From an uncultured Fibrobacterales bacterium (GTDB taxonomy: Bacteria > Fibrobacterota > Fibrobacteria > Fibrobacterales > CAWVXU01): 13,374 nucleotides of DNA. The DNA lies in contig CAWVXU010000072.1 of assembly GCA_963934255.1 (NCBI GenBank), positions 1 to 13,374 on the forward strand, in the 5' to 3' direction. Within the stretch, counting starts at the first letter, position 1. Every line of letters begins with the position of its first letter. This document shows, piece after piece, positions 8,074-13,374 of the stretch. Both the position numbers and the translations under genes were made by a program. The notes beneath the pieces were generated by a model. The model was not told the DNA's origin. It made no database searches and worked only from the letters and a program-made list of their open reading frames with translations.

Positions 8074-8239
8074 AAGCCAAAAAGTAAACACCTTAATCTA
8101 ACAACTGAGAATAAAGTTAGAGACCAAAAATTTAGACAGGGTAGAGGCTTTGCCATTAAAAGCATCTAAGCTTGTAACAAGAATAAAAAAAGACGACAGT
8201 CAAAAAAGCCCACATATTTAAAACTATCCCCACCAAAAC

Positions 8240-9199
8240 CAAAAACTGTTTCAGCGATAGGGGATTTAACCCTGTTAACCTTTGGGAAGATCTTTATGGC
8301 GACTGTCTCACTAAATTAAAAGGTACCATCCAAATAATTCCTTCAGTTAAAAAAAAGTAAAGACTTTTTTCAGGGTGGTATTATAGGTCTGTTTGGTTAT
8401 GATTTAAGAGCAGAATTCGAGTCCTTTGATGAAAAGAGAACCAAACTGACTTTCCCAGATTATCGATTTGGCTACGACAAAGACATCTTAATTTATAATC
8501 ATCCTGAAAATGTGTATTATTCTAAAAACCCTCAATGGTGGGGATTTGAAGCAACACAATCATGATGCCTTTGAATATATAGCAGCCGGAGATATCTTTC
8601 AAGCAAATTTATCACATCCTCTCAAATTGACGGTTTTTTTAGATTGGAGAGATCTCTAACAAAAGGTACGAGGTCACAATCCGTCTCCCTATGCGAGGGA
8701 TTATTTCTGGGCTGATGCAGTTATTTTATGTAATTCGCCAGAATTGATGTGTGATCTAGAGGATCGGAGCTTAAGACTCACACCCATCGCTGGTGCTCGG
8801 CCACGAGGAGTTGATGGTAGTGCAGATGAAGTTTTGAAAAAAGATTTATTTCTGTCAGAAAAAGAGCAAGCTGAGCATATTATGTTAGTGACTCTTGAAC
8901 GAAATAACATGGGGCGTTTAGCTAAATATGGAACAGTCAAAGTGACTTGTCTAATGAATTGTGACTCATACCGGAATGGAGGTCATTCCCGAGGTTTTTA
9001 TACTGGCTCTATGGGATGGTTTAATGGTAATAATGATTGTTAATTGAATATATTAAATCGTACACTACAGATTACAGACCAAGAAGGGATTTTGGATGTT
9101 GGTTTTGGAATTGTAGCGAATTCAAATCCTAAAAATGAATACTTAGAAATATTAGCTAAAACTAATGCTTAGGAAAAAGCTTTAAAGAGGTCAAAATGA
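8240..9199 (+). pseudogene. pabB: Degraded aminodeoxychorismate synthase component I (PabB/TrpE chorismate-binding family)
   Basis: Frame 1 (8338-8565) has FQGGIIGLFGYDL. Frame 2 from 8561 reads EYIAAGDIFQANLS, stop 8657, NPSPYA, NSPEL, PIAGARPRG, KEQAEHIMLV..RN, RGFYTGSMGW, stop 9041, LNILNRT, VGFGIVANSNPKNEYLE, stop 9170, final TGA 9197-9199. The 5' boundary is approximate, and pabB rather than trpE is inferred from the neighbouring gene. Confidence 0.85.
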
Positions 9200-10041
9200 G
9201 CATAATTTATTTGAATGGTGAGTATGTAGCTCTGGAAAATGCAAAAATTTCTGTTTTAGATCGGGGTTTAGTTTTAGGCGACGGGTTATTTGAAACCTTG
9301 GGTGCTAATCATGGTGTTGGCGAGTATCTCGAAGAACATTACCTACGCCTAGAAAAATCTTGTGAAAAGTTAGAATTAACCTTACCCATAGAGCGTCAAG
9401 ATCTTAGGCAAATCATACGTGTGTTAGAAGAAAAAAATTCTTTTGGCAAGGCTGTGGTGCGACTGACCATTACCCGTGGCGTCGGCGGTAAGGGTTTGAG
9501 TTTTCCTAAAAATGTGGAACCCACTATAATTATAAACTACTCTCCTATGCCGATGATTGACCCTATTTTGTATCAAGAGGGCGTAGCATTGATCGTATCT
9601 TCTTTAAGGACGCAAGCAGCCTCGGGTTATGATTCTGGAATAAAATCCACAAATTACTTGGCAAATATTATGGCAAAACATGAAGCGGATGAGCGTGGCG
9701 CCTACGATGCTTTATTTTTAGGAGCTAAGGATGAAATTGCCGAAATGACTACAGCGTCTTTTTTTGTTGTGGAAAATGGTATTATAAAAACACCCCAAGT
9801 AAGTTCTGGAATATTGCCCGGAATTACTAGAATGAAAGTGATTGAGTTGGCTCAAAAATTAAACATGTCTGTCTTAGAAGAGGATATTTTCATTAGAGAC
9901 ATAGAAAAATGGGATGGTGTTTTTATCACATCGTCAATCCGCGGGATTATGCCTGTCAGGCAAATCGACTCTTGGTCTATTCCTAAATCAATTCAGATAA
10001 AAGAGTTACAGGCAGAGTTTTTAAAGTTTAAGGCTAAGTGA
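9196..10041 (+). CDS. Class IV PLP-dependent enzyme (aminodeoxychorismate lyase PabC / D-amino-acid or branched-chain aminotransferase-like)
   Basis: ISVLDRGLVLGDGLFET, HYLRL, VRLTITRG, GIKSTNY (PLP lysine), GILPGITR, FITSSIRGIMPV; GAGG RBS; follows the pabB-like remnant. Confidence 0.88.
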   Translation: MSIIYLNGEYVALENAKISVLDRGLVLGDGLFETLGANHGVGEYLEEHYLRLEKSCEKLELTLPIERQDLRQIIRVLEEKNSFGKAVVRLTITRGVGGKGLSFPKNVEPTIIINYSPMPMIDPILYQEGVALIVSSLRTQAASGYDSGIKSTNYLANIMAKHEADERGAYDALFLGAKDEIAEMTTASFFVVENGIIKTPQVSSGILPGITRMKVIELAQKLNMSVLEEDIFIRDIEKWDGVFITSSIRGIMPVRQIDSWSIPKSIQIKELQAEFLKFKAK

Positions 10042-10379
10042 CTATGAGTGGGACATTTAAAAAAGCCCATATAATTTTTGTACTCTTTGAAATTGCTGTC
10101 GCAGTTCGGGTTGCAAAACTTCCTCTTGAAGGGGCGTTGGAATAAAAACCATTTTTACGATTCCCCGAACTTTTTTTAGTGGTCGTTTGGTTTAGGTCAG
10201 GAGGAAAGGAAAACTGGAAAAAAAGTTATTTAGTTGTTCTGACAATGCTAATTTGTTGGTTATCATTTTATTGAAAACCAATTAAGGATTTATTATGTGT
10301 CATAGGTTGAATAATGAACACGTTAGCCTAAAAAGCCACTAAGTCTAATATCATCGCAAATTAGATTGTGCTCATTATT

Positions 10380-10418
10380 AAAAAAGTGCCATGGAGGCTT
10401 GTTCTAATTCCATGACAC
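10380..10418 (-). terminator. Intrinsic terminator of the bacterioferritin-like gene
   Basis: Minus strand: GUGUCAUGGA / UCCAUGGCAC 10-bp stem (one G-U pair, which forms only on this strand) followed by U6; 21 nt after the stop. Confidence 0.7.
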
Positions 10419-10439
10419 AGAGAATGTAAACCTTTTTTG

Positions 10440-10895
10440 TTATTCTGAGAAAGGTTCAAGGTCGCCAGGTTTTCTAAGCATTTTATTTACTTCATCTAAG
10501 TGTAAATCTTCTGAGTAAATCATCTCTCTGGCATATTCTTCTAAAGTTACTGATTTACCTTCGACAATAGCGAGAAGTTCTTGATAGGCAAGCCAAGCTT
10601 CTTTTTCATGCCTGTTACTTTCTCGCAAAATATCTCCAATATCATGCTTTTCGGTTTCTAGCAGAGGACCAATTTTTAGTGATGGGTGTCCGCCCAACAT
10701 GGTTACTAGTTCTCCAGCCTTGTGCGCATGCAAAAGGGATTCATTGGCATTCTCTTTGAGCCAAGAAACAATTGGAATTCTATTGTATCCATAAACCATT
10801 AGAGAATAGTGAGTGTAGCGTACTACACCAGCTAGTTCGAATTCCATAATTTTATTTAAGGTTTGGATGGCTTTTTGCGTCTCTTCTTTATTCAT
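10440..10895 (-). CDS. Bacterioferritin/ferritin-like four-helix-bundle protein
   Basis: 151 aa from ATG 10895 (GGGG RBS): LNKIMEFELAGVVRY, ESLLHA...LGGHP, HEKEA..AY, EDLH. Confidence 0.85.
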   Translation of the reverse strand: MNKEETQKAIQTLNKIMEFELAGVVRYTHYSLMVYGYNRIPIVSWLKENANESLLHAHKAGELVTMLGGHPSLKIGPLLETEKHDIGDILRESNRHEKEAWLAYQELLAIVEGKSVTLEEYAREMIYSEDLHLDEVNKMLRKPGDLEPFSE

Positions 10896-10933
10896 TTTAA
10901 TTTCCCCTATGTTATTGGTAACACCTAAATTAA

Positions 10934-10961
10934 AGTATATAATTAAATGCTCAAGTGCCAA
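10934..10961 (-). promoter_or_regulatory. sigma70-type promoter of the bacterioferritin-like gene
   Basis: TTGGCA (10961-10956), 16-nt spacer, TATACT (10939-10934), about 40 nt upstream of the ATG. Confidence 0.55.
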
Positions 10962-11102
10962 TTGTTTCGGTTTAAAAGCCCTAATGGTTTTCAAATTTTT
11001 ATGTCAAATATGGTTTTTAAAGATTTACTTTGTGCGTCATTTATATTGAAATTTTGAATTCCATTGGGTCTATCTTTACGAAAAATGAGTTGATTTTTAA
11101 AT

Positions 11103-11117
11103 TGAGATTGATTATTA
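11103..11117. promoter_or_regulatory. Fur-box-like 7-1-7 element
   Basis: TGAGATT-G-ATTATTA matches TGATAAT-N-ATTATCA at 11 of 14 positions, upstream of an iron-storage gene. The AT-rich background weakens this. Confidence 0.35.
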
Positions 11118-11659
11118 GATTTGTCTATATCTTATGGGATATGATACCAACTTATTTTATGCGGAGAAAATAATTTTATTCTTATTGTATGTGTTATGTT
11201 TTTTTAAGTGTTAAATCTCAAATAAGTCAGGGTTGATTTGTTGGGAATAAAAAATTAAACTAATTATATTTCGTCTTAAAACTAAGGTAGTTTATTCACT
11301 AAAGTTCCTTTTAACTGAGATGTGTTTACCCATACCACTCATTAGTAAGGTTTAACTTATAGACCTCATAGGATGAAACACATAGCCATTGGTATGATGT
11401 TGTGTAGACTAAGCCTCAACCCAGGTGACAAAGTGTAAATAATTTAGTTTACATAATACTAATTATGCGTAGCAACTGTGTAGGCGCAATTTTTAATCGC
11501 CCTTCATTAGAAATTTCTATAAAACGCCTATTTCGGCCATTAAAATAAATTGTCTTGGTGGTGTGTCATGTTGATTTATTCAATATCGCTATTCGTTGAT
11601 ATTTCTGTAACGAGATTTGTTAATATTGTTTTTAATTACGACGATCAGTGAGGCGCATC

Positions 11660-12007
11660 ATGACAGTAGAAGAAATAATTCATCAATTAAAGACAGATTC
11701 CATAAATGTCGATTTTTCAATCATAATCAAGGTAATAGATACTTATTATGATTTTAGGGAAGTTGAATTCTCAAATGGTGATACAATTAACCTCGCTGGT
11801 CAAAATAATGGATCCTGTAAATTGTTTTCATTCGCAAAACTAAACGATCTTAACCAAGGTGAAACTTTGGCGTGTTTTGGCTCTTATTATCGTAACGATG
11901 TTTTGAAATTCCCGGAAGCCATAGACCATCAAAATATTAGAAATTTTATGATACACTCATGGGATGGCATTCAATTTAAAGACCAGGCGCTAAGACTAAA
12001 AGCCTAG
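11660..12007 (+). CDS. HopJ-family protein (function unknown)
   Basis: IDTYYDF, FSNG, NLAGQNNGSCKLFSFA, TLACFGSYYR.DVL..P...DHQNIRNFM..SWDGI.F; GAGG RBS before ATG 11660. Confidence 0.88.
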   Translation: MTVEEIIHQLKTDSINVDFSIIIKVIDTYYDFREVEFSNGDTINLAGQNNGSCKLFSFAKLNDLNQGETLACFGSYYRNDVLKFPEAIDHQNIRNFMIHSWDGIQFKDQALRLKA

Positions 12008-12053
12008 ACTTTCCTTCATGTAACTTGAGACATGATAAGATTCACTTCGAATC

Positions 12054-12085
12054 AAAAAAAGCCAAGCAGAAATTGCTTGGCTTTT
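12054..12085. terminator. Bidirectional intrinsic terminator between the convergent HopJ-like and GH18 genes
   Basis: A7-gccaagca-gaaat-tgcttggc-T4: a perfect 8-bp GC-rich stem flanked by A and T runs. Confidence 0.85.
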
Positions 12086-12113
12086 AAATTTTATTTAATC
12101 GTCTATAATGAAA

Positions 12114-13310
12114 CTAAGGTGCGACCATCGTTTCATACATTGCCTTTAACAGTGATTTAGGGTTTTCCACAGGAAGATCACCACTTAATTGCCAGAACAT
12201 AATTCCTTGAAGATCTTGATCTTTAGCAGCTTGAGTTTTAGTTTTGACAATATCAACACCGTTAAAACCGTAGTCCTTCTCCCCTGCTCCAGCAGCAGCA
12301 TCATGCTTGATGTTATTTATAGCTGTGCTAAGTTCAGGGTTTTTAGCAATGACGTCTTTGTAAAACAACCACTCCGGTCCCCAGTTTGCACGAGCATAGA
12401 AAGGCACACCAACAACGATTTTTGATTTTGGAATACCAAATCCCGTCCAGTATGCAACAGATCCTTCGGGGCCAAATACTGATTCATATGTAGCATGTTT
12501 TACACCAATATCGTTATCATAATTCATTAAAGCGACCCAATCAAGGTAGTCCCACCAGTTGTTTTGTGGGAAGTGAACAATTTGTTTTTCTTCTGAATAC
12601 CAAATACTATTGGCGTTCATCACTGCTGCACTAAATGATTTGTTGCCTTTGCCAAACTCAGCATCGATTGCAATACGCATATCTTTGATAAAATCTAAAT
12701 AATGATCATTTATAACATTATTGACAGCTTCCATCTCAGCTTTGTCATCAATCCAAGACGGTTCCCAATCACTATCAAAACCATCAAAGTTATGAGCTTT
12801 CATAAATGCGATAATATTTTTGATTAGATTGGTGCGATTAGTTGGGTTGCCCATTAGGCTCTTTGAAATAACAAATTCACCACCACCAAATGAAATAAGT
12901 GCTTTCACACCATTTTGGTGTGCTTCACTGATAACTTGATCAAGGTTGTCCCAACCAGCAGTCATTACGACAGCACCTGTAGTATCAGCAGCACGTAGAA
13001 AAGAGAAAGCGACATGAGTCATTTTTTTGAATTGAGCAGCCGTCGGTTGCAGCCCATCAGATAAATAACCCAATAGGATTTTGTTTGAAGGCATAACTGC
13101 CTCGTCAGTTGATTTTACAACTGCTTCACTTGAAGCAGCAAGGTCCGCTTTGACTTGACTTGTTTTAGCTTCAATTGTTTTAACTTCAATTGTTTTAGCT
13201 TCATTTGTTTTAGCTTCAATTGTTTTAACAGCTTTGACTGTGTCAACTTTAGATGCAGCACATCCAAATAATATTGCACTAGTGAGGGCAAGGAAAATTA
13301 ATCTTGTCAT
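12114..13310 (-). CDS. Glycoside hydrolase family 18 (chitinase-like) lipoprotein
   Basis: Lipobox-like ILFG-C after a hydrophobic signal (start MTRLIF, ATG 13310); ISFGG; catalytic FDGFDSDWE (DxxDxDxE); LMNYD; KIVVGVPFY; GIMFWQL. Confidence 0.92.
   Translation of the reverse strand: MTRLIFLALTSAILFGCAASKVDTVKAVKTIEAKTNEAKTIEVKTIEAKTSQVKADLAASSEAVVKSTDEAVMPSNKILLGYLSDGLQPTAAQFKKMTHVAFSFLRAADTTGAVVMTAGWDNLDQVISEAHQNGVKALISFGGGEFVISKSLMGNPTNRTNLIKNIIAFMKAHNFDGFDSDWEPSWIDDKAEMEAVNNVINDHYLDFIKDMRIAIDAEFGKGNKSFSAAVMNANSIWYSEEKQIVHFPQNNWWDYLDWVALMNYDNDIGVKHATYESVFGPEGSVAYWTGFGIPKSKIVVGVPFYARANWGPEWLFYKDVIAKNPELSTAINNIKHDAAAGAGEKDYGFNGVDIVKTKTQAAKDQDLQGIMFWQLSGDLPVENPKSLLKAMYETMVAP
13161..13229. 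repeat. 15-bp tandem repeat (about 4.6 copies) in the GH18 N-terminal linker
   Basis: Units on +: tgttttagcttcaat, tgttttaacttcaat, tgttttagcttcatt, tgttttagcttcaat, tgttttaac. They encode KTIEA-KTNEA-KTIEV-KTIEA-KT. Confidence 0.9.
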
Positions 13311-13374
13311 ATAGGCGCCTTTTAAAAAGTTTTTATCGTCCAAAAGCTACTTTTTTTACTCCAAATCTCAACCC

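Noticed and set aside
8701..9043. ORFs 8744-9043 (+) and 8701-8940 (-) as independent genes
   Set aside because: The first is an internal fragment of the pabB pseudogene; the second is its antisense shadow.
8349..9172. Programmed frameshift, phase variation or stop-codon recoding of pabB
   Set aside because: The lesions are many and of different kinds (TAA and TAG stops, frameshifts, a large deletion of conserved motifs), and neighbouring genes use TAA, TAG and TGA as normal stops.
10295..10342. 15-aa ORF (MCHRLNNEHVSLKSH) behind an AAGGA motif; considered as a Bfd remnant
   Set aside because: Too short and lacks the CxC...CxxC pattern of Bfd.
10867..11049. 60-aa + strand ORF, and the 33-aa N-terminal extension of the ferritin-like ORF
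   Set aside because: Both overlap the predicted promoter and RBS of the ferritin-like gene; likely chance open frames in AT-rich DNA.
12189..12425. 78-aa + strand ORF
   Set aside because: Antisense shadow within the GH18 gene.
1..13374. CRISPR array, tRNA/rRNA, transposase, integrase or defence system
   Set aside because: No regularly spaced repeats, cloverleaf structures or relevant protein motifs seen; the only tandem repeat is coding.

Overview
AT-rich bacterial chromosome segment, mostly housekeeping. In order: the 3' part of a flagellar operon flgF(partial)-flgG-flgA-flgH-flgI ending in a terminator; minus-strand ppa, a stand-alone Smr-domain gene and trmB; a divergent solitary gatB plus a small secreted/membrane hypothetical gene; a heavily decayed pabB/trpE-family pseudogene (mostly missed by the ORF track) coupled to an intact class IV PLP enzyme (PabC/D-amino-acid aminotransferase-like); an atypical bacterioferritin-like gene with a sigma70-type promoter and a Fur-like box; a HopJ-family gene; and a GH18 chitinase-like lipoprotein with a 15-bp tandem-repeat linker. 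I found no CRISPR array, transposase, tRNA or rRNA, and no clearly novel multi-gene system. The best second-look items are the pabB decay next to an intact partner, probable leaderless smr and trmB mRNAs, a terminator hairpin inside a signal-peptide coding region, a GatB insertion, and a non-canonical ferroxidase/heme motif. All family calls come from motif recognition by eye; no database searches were run.
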